Below, piece by piece: positions 15,853-25,669 of a stretch of DNA of 64,000 nt. A model generated the notes under the pieces. It did no database searches and was not told where the DNA came from. It saw only the letters and a list, made by a program, of their open reading frames with translations. The number at the start of each line of letters is the position of its first letter. The stretch's first letter is position 1. The stretch is from positions 1-64,000 of the forward strand of contig PSPG01000003.1 in assembly GCA_003193925.1 (NCBI GenBank), read 5' to 3'. The stretch is from Candidatus Thalassarchaeum betae (GTDB lineage: Archaea; Thermoplasmatota; Poseidoniia; Poseidoniales; Thalassarchaeaceae). The position numbers and the translations under genes were made by a program.

Positions 15853-18438
15853 ATGCGCAGAGCCGTTGTGCCCGCAATCCTGCTGATGCTGATGGCCAGT
15901 CTGTGGCCCTTGGCAGTGACTTCTGCCCAGTCTGCGCCCACTGACGCGGTCTACATCAACGAGATACTGGTGTCCCCGAACAACGAGAACTACGGCGGCA
16001 CCGACTGGAACGGCGACGGCTCGATAGGAATCTACAGCGACCAGTACCTCGAACTGCACAACCCCGCCTCCGAGGCAATAGACATCGGCGGCTGGTGGCT
16101 CGACGACATCGCCGACGGCGGCTCCCCAGCCTGCAGCATCGGCTGGGACACGGTCCTCGAGCCGGGAGCCTACGTCGTCTTCTACCGATCCTGGACGGGA
16201 ATCGAGTTCGACTACTGGGACGGCGACACGATTCGTCTTCTCGACGGCTCGGGGACCGAGGTCGACTCTGTGAGCTATGAAGGCGAGGACTCTGACTGGG
16301 ACATCCCCTACGGATACGACTCGACTGGCAACTGGGTCAAGCTGTCCGACGGCAGTCCGACCCCGGGAGGCGCCAACGACCAGGAGTGGGGTGGCACCAA
16401 CCACTTGCAGGGCAACTGCTACGCGCCACGCGACCACATCCACTCCGGCCAGTACGTGCTCAAAGGCGAGATCGTCACTATGGCCTCAGAGAACGCGGTG
16501 ATTCCGAACGGGAACGTGCTCGTCATCGACGGGACTATCGAGGCGGTTTGGTCTGATGCCGACCCCGAGCCACAGGCGGCTGAGGGAGTGATGACGATTG
16601 ACACCAGCGGCACCATCTACCCGGGACTGATCGATACCCACAACCACGCTCACTACAATTACATCCCGCTGTGGGACCACGGCACCAACGGCTGGCAGAA
16701 CAGGTACCAGTGGCAGGCCGAGGAGGCCTACAAGGACGCGGTATCCCGAGTGAAGAGCCATGTCACGAGCGGGGGCAGCGCCGGCTGCGACCTCAACCCG
16801 GAGGGCATGAAATTCGCCGAGCTGCGCTCGCTGGCCGGTGGCACCACCGCCATCCAGGGGAGCTCCACCTCAGACACCGACACCTTCGACTCGATTCTGG
16901 CTCGCAACGTCGAGCTGTACAACTTCGGCAGGGACTACGTATGGACCAAGGTCAGCCAAATCACCTCCGACTACGAGGGCAACCACATCAAGGAGGGTAA
17001 CTCCTCGGGCAGCCTCGACGGCTGGTTCCTGCACCTCGCAGAGGGCGTGGACGAGGCCTCTCGAGCCGAGTTCGACGTCCTAGTCGGCAACGACCTGCTG
17101 GTGGGCGAGCTCATCGTGATCCACGGCACCGCGCTCACCTCCGCGGAGTTCGAGCAGATGGCCGCGGTCGGCGCGAGCCTAGTGTGGTCGCCGACCTCGA
17201 ACCTGCTGCTGTACGGCGACACCGCTGACATCGCAGCTGCTGACGCGGCGGGGGTGAACATCGCCCTGGCTCCCGACTGGGCGCCCTCTGGGATGAAGAA
17301 CCCGCTCGGCGAACTCAAGGTAGCGGACTGGTGGGACAGCAACGTGCTCGGTGACATCTTCACCGACTACGAGATGGTTCAGATGGTCACCACCAATTCC
17401 GCTCGTGCGACCAACTGGGAGGACGAAACCGGCATCATCGCAGCCGGTATGGCCGCCGACCTGCTGGTACTCGACCGCTTCCACGACGACCCCTACAGGA
17501 ACCTCATCAACGCCATCGACCCCGATGTCCGACTGGTGACTGTCGGCGGCCTGCCGGTGTTCGGGGACGTCGACATCATGCAGGCCCTCGACGACGAGAT
17601 CGAGGTCATCCAGGGAGACGGCTTCCAGAAGGCGACCGACGTGACCTACGACGGGGTCGAGATGGCGAGCAAGTCCTACGCGCAGATAGTCACGGACCTC
17701 GCTGCTTGCATGGCCGAGAAGACGACAAACCCGATGGAGGAGCTTTTCACCTACGGTGATGACCGCTTCTTCGACGTGCTGAACCGCTCCGCTACCTTCC
17801 AGGACGGGCGCACCATCGACCTGTGGGGTGACTACTACGACATCGAGTTGGACGACTCCGGGCACCGGCTCGACGGCACGGTGGGCGGCAGTGGGCCCAT
17901 CCAGACCAACAACTCCAGCAACGGCAGCAACGGGGAGATCGTGCCGGAGCCTGACCTGCCGGTGCTGTGGCCTACCTACGGTCCGCGAGGAGGCACGATT
18001 CCACACCTGACCACCATCGAGGAGGGCATCCACCTCGAGGAGTGCGAATCCACCGAAGCGACTCTCTCCGGGGCCAATGTGCCTACGACTCCGGCCAGCA
18101 AGGTCCTGCTGTGCGGCGCGATATTGATCGTGATGCAGCCGACCGCCGATTGCATCGAGGCAGGAGGCTCCTTCTGCGACCTCGAAGTCGCTGATGCAGT
18201 GGCTGTACCGGCCCACCTGTGCTCCGATTCGGGGACCTACCCCTACGAGGTGACCTGTCGGTATGGCTACGCTTTCATAGATGCAGAGGATGAGCCTGAG
18301 CCTGAGCCGGAACCTGAGCCGGAGGAGGAGACTTGGATGGACGGCGCGCTCTACTGGGTGGCTATCTTCGTCGCTCTGGCCGTGATTGCGGGCTCAATCG
18401 GGATAATCAACTCCAACCTGCGCGAGCGCGCGAAGTGA
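15853..18438 (+). CDS. Secreted, C-terminally anchored metal-dependent amidohydrolase with an N-terminal lamin-tail-like domain
   Basis: Signal peptide; INEIL...YLELHN...IDIGGWWL (LTD); PGLIDTHNH, HLAEG, IHGT and APDW (amidohydrolase); (EP)n linker and a C-terminal TM helix. Confidence 0.8.
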   Translation: MRRAVVPAILLMLMASLWPLAVTSAQSAPTDAVYINEILVSPNNENYGGTDWNGDGSIGIYSDQYLELHNPASEAIDIGGWWLDDIADGGSPACSIGWDTVLEPGAYVVFYRSWTGIEFDYWDGDTIRLLDGSGTEVDSVSYEGEDSDWDIPYGYDSTGNWVKLSDGSPTPGGANDQEWGGTNHLQGNCYAPRDHIHSGQYVLKGEIVTMASENAVIPNGNVLVIDGTIEAVWSDADPEPQAAEGVMTIDTSGTIYPGLIDTHNHAHYNYIPLWDHGTNGWQNRYQWQAEEAYKDAVSRVKSHVTSGGSAGCDLNPEGMKFAELRSLAGGTTAIQGSSTSDTDTFDSILARNVELYNFGRDYVWTKVSQITSDYEGNHIKEGNSSGSLDGWFLHLAEGVDEASRAEFDVLVGNDLLVGELIVIHGTALTSAEFEQMAAVGASLVWSPTSNLLLYGDTADIAAADAAGVNIALAPDWAPSGMKNPLGELKVADWWDSNVLGDIFTDYEMVQMVTTNSARATNWEDETGIIAAGMAADLLVLDRFHDDPYRNLINAIDPDVRLVTVGGLPVFGDVDIMQALDDEIEVIQGDGFQKATDVTYDGVEMASKSYAQIVTDLAACMAEKTTNPMEELFTYGDDRFFDVLNRSATFQDGRTIDLWGDYYDIELDDSGHRLDGTVGGSGPIQTNNSSNGSNGEIVPEPDLPVLWPTYGPRGGTIPHLTTIEEGIHLEECESTEATLSGANVPTTPASKVLLCGAILIVMQPTADCIEAGGSFCDLEVADAVAVPAHLCSDSGTYPYEVTCRYGYAFIDAEDEPEPEPEPEPEEETWMDGALYWVAIFVALAVIAGSIGIINSNLRERAK

Positions 18439-19860
18439 TCATCCCAGGTGCCAGACCGGCCCGTCCGGCCCGTCCTCGACGACGACGCCCATCGCAGCGA
18501 GCTCGTCACGAATCTGGTCAGCGCGCGCCCAGTCACTGCCTTCGCGCGCGGCCTCGCGCTCGGCCAACAGCGACTCGACCTTGCCTGCGACCTCGGACTT
18601 CGCCGAGTCGGCTTCGGCTAGAGACGACATGACCTCGTCGCGAGACGGGAGCAGCCCGAGTGCATCGCCCGCGTGGCTCTCCAGCCATGCTGCGACATCT
18701 GCGCCCGCGCCCGAGGCGACGACGCCTTGGACCTCTATGATAGCCGCTCGCGTGTTGAAGTCGTCGTCCATTGCGGCGGCGAAGCACTCGCTGGCGCCTG
18801 CGAGATCGGCGCCCGACTCGCCGTCCGCGCCCAAGGAGGCGCCGTAGACGGAGACCAGCCGCTCGTAGTGGGAGTCCGCATCGGCGAGGAACTCGGGAGT
18901 CAGGTCGATCGGGTTTCGGTAGGGCACGCTCAGCAAGGCGTAGCGCAGCGCCAGCGGGTGGTGAAGCTCGAAGGCGTCGCTGACAGTCCAGAAGTTACCG
19001 AGGCTCTTGCTCATCTTCTCGCCGTCGACGTTGACGAAGCCGTTGTGCATCCAGTAGCCGACCACGGGCTCGCGGCCCGTGCAGCATTCGGACTGGAAAA
19101 TCTCGGCCTCGTGGTGCGGGAAGCGCAGGTCATGGCCGCCACCGTGGACGTCGAACTGCTCGCCGAAGTGCTTGAGCGACATCGCAGAGCACTCGATGTG
19201 CCATCCTGGCCTACCCGCCCCCCAAGGACTGTCCCACGACGGCTCGGCGGGCTTGGCGAGCTTCCACAGTGCGAAGTCGCGGTGGTCGCGCTTGCCCGAG
19301 CCGGTATCCTCGACGCGCCCGCCAGCTCCGGCTCGCACCATCTCGAGCGTCTGTCCTGTCAGTTGGCCGTATTTCTCGGGAGCGGTGTCGATTTCGAAGT
19401 AGACGCCGTCGTCACCGATGTACGCGTGGCCCTTATCGATGAGCGTGGACACCATGTCGATGATCTCGGGGATGGTCTCGGTCACACGGGGATAGGAATC
19501 CGCCCTCAGGACGTTCATCGCGTCCATCGCCTCGTAGTAATCGGCGATGTTGCGGTTGGCGACTTCGGAGAAGTCGACCCCCTCTGCTTCCGAGATGTCC
19601 AGGATCTTGTCGTCAATGTCGGTGAAGTTCTGCACGTAGTCGACATCGTAGCCGCTGGCCTCCAGCCACCTGTGAACCACGTCGAAAGCGAGGTAGCAGC
19701 GAGCGTGTCCCAGATGGCTTGGCGTGTACGGCGTGATGCCGCAGACGTACATGCGTACCCTGCCATTCTCAAGAGTCGAGAAAGCCCGCTTGTCGCGCGA
19801 GCGTGTGTCATAGACCCTGAGTGTCATTCTGGCCTGACTGCGTGGCTTACCCGTCATCAA
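18439..19860 (-). CDS. cysS: Cysteine--tRNA ligase
   Basis: YVCGITPY, HLGHAR, NFTDIDDK, GRPGWHIECS, FPHHEAE, KMSKSLGN; the start could be 19827. Confidence 0.97.
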   Translation of the reverse strand: MMTGKPRSQARMTLRVYDTRSRDKRAFSTLENGRVRMYVCGITPYTPSHLGHARCYLAFDVVHRWLEASGYDVDYVQNFTDIDDKILDISEAEGVDFSEVANRNIADYYEAMDAMNVLRADSYPRVTETIPEIIDMVSTLIDKGHAYIGDDGVYFEIDTAPEKYGQLTGQTLEMVRAGAGGRVEDTGSGKRDHRDFALWKLAKPAEPSWDSPWGAGRPGWHIECSAMSLKHFGEQFDVHGGGHDLRFPHHEAEIFQSECCTGREPVVGYWMHNGFVNVDGEKMSKSLGNFWTVSDAFELHHPLALRYALLSVPYRNPIDLTPEFLADADSHYERLVSVYGASLGADGESGADLAGASECFAAAMDDDFNTRAAIIEVQGVVASGAGADVAAWLESHAGDALGLLPSRDEVMSSLAEADSAKSEVAGKVESLLAEREAAREGSDWARADQIRDELAAMGVVVEDGPDGPVWHLG

Positions 19861-20558
19861 CCCCGCGCCGCATCGACGAGGGCGGAGTACAGTACGTCAT
19901 GCCCAATGCGCTCCGGGTGCCACTGCACGCCGATGCAAAACCTCAGGTCGGGGCGTTCGACGGCCTCGATGAGCCCATCGTGCTCGGCGAGTGCTGTGAT
20001 GGTGAGTTCACCGGCGTCTGCGACACCTTGGTGATGAGTCGAGTTCGCCATGATCTGCGTGCCCATCATAGCGGCGATCATCGAGCCCTCCTTGGCAACC
20101 ACTCCGTGCTCGGTCGCAACGCCGCTGTAGCCGCCGTGGCCCTCGTGCCCGGGGGTAGTGTCGAGATGCTGGTGCAGACTGCCGCCGTGGAGAACGCAGA
20201 GCAGTTGCATGCCTCGGCACACGCACAGCATCGGCATGTCGCGCTCGAGCGCGCCTTCGAGCAGGGCAATCTCCGAGGCGTCCTGCTCGGCGTAGTACTC
20301 CTTGGTCATCGGGTCCGGCTCCTGGTAGTAAGTCGCCGGGTCGAGGTCCGGGCCCCCAGCGATGACGAGGCCGTCGATCCTGTCCAGCAGCGGGCCGGGA
20401 TCCTCGCTGGGAGGTATGATGACCGGCGTGCCCGCAGCACACCGGATTGCGGTAGTGTAAGTCGAGGGGAGTATTGCCGAATTCATCGACCAGCCGGCGT
20501 AGCTGGCATCGCGCACGAAGCAGGTCACTCCGATGACGGGTCTCGCTCCATCAGCCAT
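19857..20558 (-). CDS. Gamma-glutamyl-gamma-aminobutyrate hydrolase family (peptidase C26, class I GATase), paralog 1
   Basis: GGPDLDP, CVCRGMQ nucleophile elbow, HHQG, GVQWHPE. Confidence 0.88.
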   Translation of the reverse strand: MADGARPVIGVTCFVRDASYAGWSMNSAILPSTYTTAIRCAAGTPVIIPPSEDPGPLLDRIDGLVIAGGPDLDPATYYQEPDPMTKEYYAEQDASEIALLEGALERDMPMLCVCRGMQLLCVLHGGSLHQHLDTTPGHEGHGGYSGVATEHGVVAKEGSMIAAMMGTQIMANSTHHQGVADAGELTITALAEHDGLIEAVERPDLRFCIGVQWHPERIGHDVLYSALVDAARG

Positions 20559-20583
20559 ACGCGCTCGAGACAAGACTGGAACT

Positions 20584-21276
20584 TCAACTTCGCGCTGCTT
20601 CAATGAGAGCGGCGAATATCTCGTGCTGCCCGGTCATCTCGGGGTGCCACTGGACCGAGATGCAGAACCTCTTGTCGGGGTCCTCGACGGCCTCTATCAG
20701 GCCGTCCTCGGTCCTGCCCACCACCTTCAGGTCCCCGGCGTCGGCGACTCCCTGATGGTGTCCCGAGTTGCCCACTATCCGAGTCCCGACTATCGAGGCG
20801 AGCCTCGAGCCCTCCTCGATACGGACCGCGTGCTCGGACCACTCGCCACCTGTGGCGCCATGCTGCTCGAAGCCCGTAGTCTCCGGCAGGTGCTGGTGCA
20901 GCCTGCCCCCGTTGTCCACGCAAAACAGCTGGTGCCCCCTGCAGACCCCGAGGAACGGCAGGTCGCGCTCCAGAGCGGCTCGCATCAACGACAGTTCCGA
21001 GGCGTCTTGCTCGGGCCGGACGTCGTTCGTGCGCTCGTGCGGTTCCTCGCCGTACAGCGCCGGGCTGATGTCGCGCCCTCCGGAGATGATGATGCCGTCG
21101 AGCGAGTCCAGTAGCGAGCCGTCCACCTCCCCCTCGGTGATGAGAAGCGGAGTGCCGCCAGCGCGGCGGATCGCCTCTGGGTAGTTGTGAGGCAGCATCA
21201 CGACCTCTTGGTCGGGCGTCTCGTAATCACGCGTGTTGACCGAGGTGGTGATCCCGATCAGAGGTCGCATGCTCAC
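20584..21276 (-). CDS. Gamma-glutamyl-gamma-aminobutyrate hydrolase family (peptidase C26), paralog 2
   Basis: RPLIGIT, GGRDISP, GVCRGHQ, HHQG, VQWHPE. Confidence 0.88.
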   Translation of the reverse strand: MSMRPLIGITTSVNTRDYETPDQEVVMLPHNYPEAIRRAGGTPLLITEGEVDGSLLDSLDGIIISGGRDISPALYGEEPHERTNDVRPEQDASELSLMRAALERDLPFLGVCRGHQLFCVDNGGRLHQHLPETTGFEQHGATGGEWSEHAVRIEEGSRLASIVGTRIVGNSGHHQGVADAGDLKVVGRTEDGLIEAVEDPDKRFCISVQWHPEMTGQHEIFAALIEAARS

Positions 21277-21674
21277 TCCTCTTCTTCCTCTCGCATCTTC
21301 CTAGCGTGCCTGAACGACATGATGCCAGCGGTCATGAAGCAGGCGCCCACGACGATGAGCATGAGGTGCGAGGCCAGAGCGAGGTTCGACATCCCGTCGC
21401 CGTCGGTGAAGACGCGGGCACCACCGGCGACCATCGCCAGAGCCACCACCATAGCAACGTGCATGTAGTGGTGCAGGTTGGCCTCGTTCCTCTCGGAAAG
21501 AACGCCGAGGACCAGGAGCGGGGCACCCATGAATGAGGGGATCATGGCAGTAATCGAAGGCGGATCGGCGCTTTGCATGAAGTAGGCCGCTATGCCCCAG
21601 ATTACTAAGAGGCCCCCCTCGATAATCGCCAGCCTTGGTACGCTCATCCCGAGAAATCTGAACTCGTCGCTCAT
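21273..21674 (-). CDS. Small 4-TM membrane protein (TMEM14-like pattern)
   Basis: PSITAMIP, HHYMH and SFRHAR; four hydrophobic helices. Confidence 0.65.
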   Translation of the reverse strand: MSDEFRFLGMSVPRLAIIEGGLLVIWGIAAYFMQSADPPSITAMIPSFMGAPLLVLGVLSERNEANLHHYMHVAMVVALAMVAGGARVFTDGDGMSNLALASHLMLIVVGACFMTAGIMSFRHARKMREEEEE

Positions 21675-21706
21675 GGCACCCGCCATAGGCGGGTGGTATA
21701 TGACCG

Positions 21707-23710
21707 TCACGATTGGGCGATCTGCTCTTGGATCTCCTTGTCCTTGGCCACGATCTGCTCCCACAGCAGCTCGGCCACGTCCATGACCTCCATCTCCGCA
21801 CCGACTGCGTTCAGCCCGTCGTTGACCATGATGGAGCAGAACGGGCAGCCCACTGCTACGGTGTCGCAGCCGGTCTCGGCCAGCTCGGCGGCGCGGATGA
21901 CGTTGACACGCTTGTCGGGGTCCTCCTCCATCCACATCCGCGCCCCGCCGGCACCGCAGCAGAACGAGTCGCGGCCGTGGTTCTCTGTCTCGACGTCGAC
22001 GCCGCCGATTACGCTCCTCGGCTCATCGATGACGCCACCGATGCGCCCGAGGTAGCACGGGTCGTGGAAGGTCACGCTGCGTCCGTTCTTCTCCTTCTCG
22101 ATCTGCGGCAGCTTGCCCTCCTCCTGCAGCTTCGCGAGTATCTCGGAGTGGTGGAAGACCTCGAGATCGCCGCCACCGTAGTCGCCGTACTCCTTGCCCA
22201 AGGTGTGGAAGCAGTGCGGGCAGGAGGCGATGATTCGCTTGACTCCGAGCTCTTGGAAGGTCTTGATGTTGGTCTCGGCTAGCATCTGGAAGAGGTACTC
22301 GTTGCCCGCTCTGCGGGCCGGGTCCCCCGAGCAGCCCTCCTGCATCCCGAGGATGCCGACGTCGAGGCCGGCCTGCTTGAGCAGGGAGATGGTCGAGCGG
22401 GCCACCTTCTGGTTGCGCGCATCGAAACTCGCAGCGCAGCCTACGAAGTAGATGTACTCGGCAGGCTCGCCGACCTTCACATCGAGGTCGGCCGCCCAGT
22501 CGGCGCGCTCGTGGGCGCCGAAGCCGTACGGATTCGAGGCGGACTCCATGTTGCCCATCGCCGTGTTCAGCTCCTCAGGGTACTCCATCGTCTCCATCAT
22601 CGCGTTGCGGCGCAGGTCGGTCAGTTTGGGCACGTGCTCGATGTACAGCGGGCAGACGTCGACGCAGGCGTTGCAGGTGGTGCAGGCCCAGACCGCCTCG
22701 TCGGTGATTCGCTGCATCATGGTCTCCCCGGGCTGCTCGCCCGCCAGCAGCAGCGGAGCGTGCTCGTTTGCGTAGTCGCGGACGTCGAGGATGACCTGCA
22801 TGGGGTTCAGGCCCTTGCCTGAGGCGTAGGCCGGGCAGACGTCTTGACAGCGCCCGCACGAGGTGCACGACCAGCCGTCGATGAGCTGCCTCCAAGTGTA
22901 CTGCGTGTAGGTGCTGACTCCGAAGGTATCGATGTCGAGATCCTTGAGCGGGACCGCCTTACCGTCGTCGCCGACAGCGAGCGGGCGCATCTTTCCCTTC
23001 GCCTCGATGTCGTGGAAGAACACGTTTGGCACAGCCATCACCAAGTGCATGTGCTTGGACAGCGGTATGAGAACCAAGAAGACGCAGATCGAGAGAATGT
23101 GAATCCAATAGGCGGCGATGACCGTGCCTTCTGTCGGGCCCATGCTGGCGACCCAGTGCCCGATAGGCTCCCACTTGCTGGATGGGTCCTGAGACGCCTC
23201 GACGATGAACGAGGTCGTCGTGATGAAGATTATCAGGAGCAGGATGACGTTGCCCTCGAGTTGCGACGCGTTCTTGAGTTTCTCAGGGGCGAACGCCACC
23301 CTGCGCACGAGGGCGGGCACGCACCCGATGAACGCCATCGTGTAGCCGAGTTCGACCATCCCGTTCCAAGGTCCGAACAGCGCATCGGGGAGGATCCTGT
23401 CGGAGAAGGCGTTCGCGGTGGCGAGGTCGAACATGTCGGAGGCCAGCATAAGGAAGCCCCAGAACATCAGGACGTGCATAGTCCCGACGACCCGTTCTCT
23501 GAGGACGTGCTTCTGCCCCAGCCAGCCGATAATGAACTCCCGCAGGCGGGCGCCCCATGAGCCGAAACGGTCGTCGGGAGCGCCAATCATCACTAGGCGC
23601 GTGGCCTTCCGAACCTGATAGAGGAAGAAGCCTATCGACAGGCCACCGATGACCAGCAGGATGTGCCAGCCGTCGAGGGGGCCGTATGACTGCAGCAACG
23701 GGTGCTCCAT
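21707..23710 (-). CDS. Membrane-bound Fe-S oxidoreductase (FadF/heterodisulfide reductase-related, CCG domains)
   Basis: N-terminal TM helices with His residues, CTSCGRCQDVCP and CTTCNACVDVCP, and two CCG domains (CSG/CPHC; HDPC/CCG/CPFC). Confidence 0.9.
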   Translation of the reverse strand: MEHPLLQSYGPLDGWHILLVIGGLSIGFFLYQVRKATRLVMIGAPDDRFGSWGARLREFIIGWLGQKHVLRERVVGTMHVLMFWGFLMLASDMFDLATANAFSDRILPDALFGPWNGMVELGYTMAFIGCVPALVRRVAFAPEKLKNASQLEGNVILLLIIFITTTSFIVEASQDPSSKWEPIGHWVASMGPTEGTVIAAYWIHILSICVFLVLIPLSKHMHLVMAVPNVFFHDIEAKGKMRPLAVGDDGKAVPLKDLDIDTFGVSTYTQYTWRQLIDGWSCTSCGRCQDVCPAYASGKGLNPMQVILDVRDYANEHAPLLLAGEQPGETMMQRITDEAVWACTTCNACVDVCPLYIEHVPKLTDLRRNAMMETMEYPEELNTAMGNMESASNPYGFGAHERADWAADLDVKVGEPAEYIYFVGCAASFDARNQKVARSTISLLKQAGLDVGILGMQEGCSGDPARRAGNEYLFQMLAETNIKTFQELGVKRIIASCPHCFHTLGKEYGDYGGGDLEVFHHSEILAKLQEEGKLPQIEKEKNGRSVTFHDPCYLGRIGGVIDEPRSVIGGVDVETENHGRDSFCCGAGGARMWMEEDPDKRVNVIRAAELAETGCDTVAVGCPFCSIMVNDGLNAVGAEMEVMDVAELLWEQIVAKDKEIQEQIAQS

Positions 23711-23823
23711 TGCGTCTGCCTCTTGCCAGACTCGCCTGACAGTGGTCGCAGTCGTGACATGCCCTTGAAACAACCGCCGACAGACAACCCAACCCTCATG
23801 GCTCAAGGGCCCAACCAACAGAC

Positions 23824-24801
23824 ATGGCGCGCGCCTTCGCACCGGGGAAGTGTATCCTGTTCGGTGAGCACGCCGTGGTGTACGGCCACCCCGCGGTGGC
23901 CGTGGCCATAGACGGCGGAGTCGAAGTCAGCATAGAGGAGTCCGACCGATGGACCCTAGAGGGGCTTCCCTTCGACTCATCCCGGCACCCTCACATCTCC
24001 TATATCCTCCAGGAGGTGTTCCAGTACGACGGGCCATCGCTGAGGATGCAGGTCAAGAGCAGCCTGTTCTCATCCGCCGGCCTCGGCTCCTCGGCAGCCC
24101 TGTCCAATGCTATGGGTGCCGCCCTTCACTCCCACCTGAATCCGGGCCAGCCCCTCGATCCGGTCGCGCTGGCCCGGATGGGGCACTCGGCCGAGGCGCG
24201 GGCTCAGCAGGGCCGTGCCAGCCCGACCGACACCGCTACCAGCGCGCTGGGAGGCTGCGTAGTGGTCTCTGGAGAGTGGGTCGAGGGCACTCGTCACGTT
24301 TTCGACGCCAGCCTGTCTACGCCCGAGGGTGAGAGAGAGTGGGCAATCAACGCGGTCGACCTGCCGGACAACCTCGAGGAGGCTTGGCTTGTGATCGGCT
24401 ACACCGGGGACATTTCGCCTACCGGCAGGATGGTCGCCGGGGTGGCGAGCCTGCTCGAGGAGAAGCCGGAGCTCGAGGGCGAGATGGACGCCATAGCGAG
24501 GATCACCCGAGCCGGGCTGACCGCTCTGTCCGCCGGCAACCTCGAGGCGGTCGGCATGGCGATGGACGCGTGCCATGAGAGGCTGCAGCGCTTGCAGGTC
24601 AGCAGCCCCGCCCTCGAGGCACTTGTCGAGGCCGCCAGACCGCACGCTCTGGGAGCCAAGCTCACCGGCGCCGGCGGGGGCGGCTGCATGGTGGCTCTGG
24701 CGAGAGAGCCGAGGAGGGTCGCTGAGTCGATCGAGATAGCCGGTGGGAAGCCTCTGATATCGAGGGTTGGGGCACCCGGAGTGCATCTGCTCGAAAATTA
24801 A
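23824..24801 (+). CDS. mvk: Mevalonate kinase (GHMP family)
   Basis: PGKCILFGEHAVVYG, SAGLGSSAA, KLTGAGGGG. Confidence 0.85.
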   Translation: MARAFAPGKCILFGEHAVVYGHPAVAVAIDGGVEVSIEESDRWTLEGLPFDSSRHPHISYILQEVFQYDGPSLRMQVKSSLFSSAGLGSSAALSNAMGAALHSHLNPGQPLDPVALARMGHSAEARAQQGRASPTDTATSALGGCVVVSGEWVEGTRHVFDASLSTPEGEREWAINAVDLPDNLEEAWLVIGYTGDISPTGRMVAGVASLLEEKPELEGEMDAIARITRAGLTALSAGNLEAVGMAMDACHERLQRLQVSSPALEALVEAARPHALGAKLTGAGGGGCMVALAREPRRVAESIEIAGGKPLISRVGAPGVHLLEN

Positions 24802-24856
24802 GGCTCAGATTCGGCTCAGTCAATCGAAAATTCAGGTTCGTTGATACCGACCACCC

Positions 24857-24864
24857 TTTATAAG
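24857..24864 (+). promoter_or_regulatory. Archaeal TATA box upstream of tbp (TTTATAAG)
   Basis: Centred about 26 nt upstream of the ATG at 24886, consistent with a leaderless transcript. Confidence 0.55.
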
Positions 24865-24885
24865 TAGCATATGGTCCGGGGCCTC

Positions 24886-25614
24886 ATGCTAAGCGACGAG
24901 GAGCGCCTTACTGTCGTCAACGTGGTCGCCTCCACAAGAGTGGCGGAGGAACTCGACCTTCCGGACATAGCCATACAGCTGAACTGCGAGTACGAGCCCG
25001 AACAGTTCCCGGGCGTCGTATACAGGGTGAAAGAGCCCAAGCTCGCCATCCTGATGTTCCGTTCTGGGAGGGCTGTCTGCACGGGCGGCAAGAACAGGGC
25101 CAACATCCATACCGGCATCGAGATGATGACCAAAGACCTGAACGCCGCGGGAATCGAGACCTGGGATCTCAAGGACGTCGAAATCGAGGTCCAGAACATG
25201 GTCGCCACCTACTCCCTGTTCTACCCCGAGGATTACGCCGGCGTCGCGAAGATGGATGACAACAACACCCGTGTCATCGACACGGCTGATGGCATCCGCG
25301 CCGCCACCGACGAGGAGGTAAAGGCCATGGGTAGCGACGACGAGGACCCTCGCATCCGAGGCATCCGCGAGGGAGAGCCTCTAGCAGCGCTGCCTCGCAA
25401 GCTGAATCTAAACATGCTCACCTTCCACCTACCCTTCGACAAGGTCGAGTACGAGCCCGAGCAGTTCCCGGGCCTGATCTACAGGCTCGACTACCCGAAA
25501 GTCGTCTGCCTGATCTTCGGCAGCGGCAAGATGGTGATCACCGGTGCTCGCCACAAGGACGAGATCCTGGAGGCGGTTCAATTCATCCAGGACGAGTTGG
25601 CGGACCTGCTGTGA
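24886..25614 (+). CDS. tbp: TATA-box-binding protein with an insertion in repeat 2
   Basis: Two TBP repeats: NVVAS/NMVAT, YEPEQFPG twice, FRSGRAVCTG/FGSGKMVITG. Confidence 0.95.
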   Translation: MLSDEERLTVVNVVASTRVAEELDLPDIAIQLNCEYEPEQFPGVVYRVKEPKLAILMFRSGRAVCTGGKNRANIHTGIEMMTKDLNAAGIETWDLKDVEIEVQNMVATYSLFYPEDYAGVAKMDDNNTRVIDTADGIRAATDEEVKAMGSDDEDPRIRGIREGEPLAALPRKLNLNMLTFHLPFDKVEYEPEQFPGLIYRLDYPKVVCLIFGSGKMVITGARHKDEILEAVQFIQDELADLL

Positions 25615-25669
25615 TAGCCTGAGGCTTCCAAGGGTGAGATTGATGCGTCCCTCGCCGTTCCGGCGAGGC

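Noticed and set aside
24815-24826. ctcagtcaatcg match to the 404/4829 element
   Set aside because: Only 12 bp, lacks the downstream hairpin motif, and is plausibly chance.
25219-25392. Intein or intron in tbp
   Set aside because: Too short, no Cys/Ser start or His-Asn end, and the frame stays open with host-like codons.
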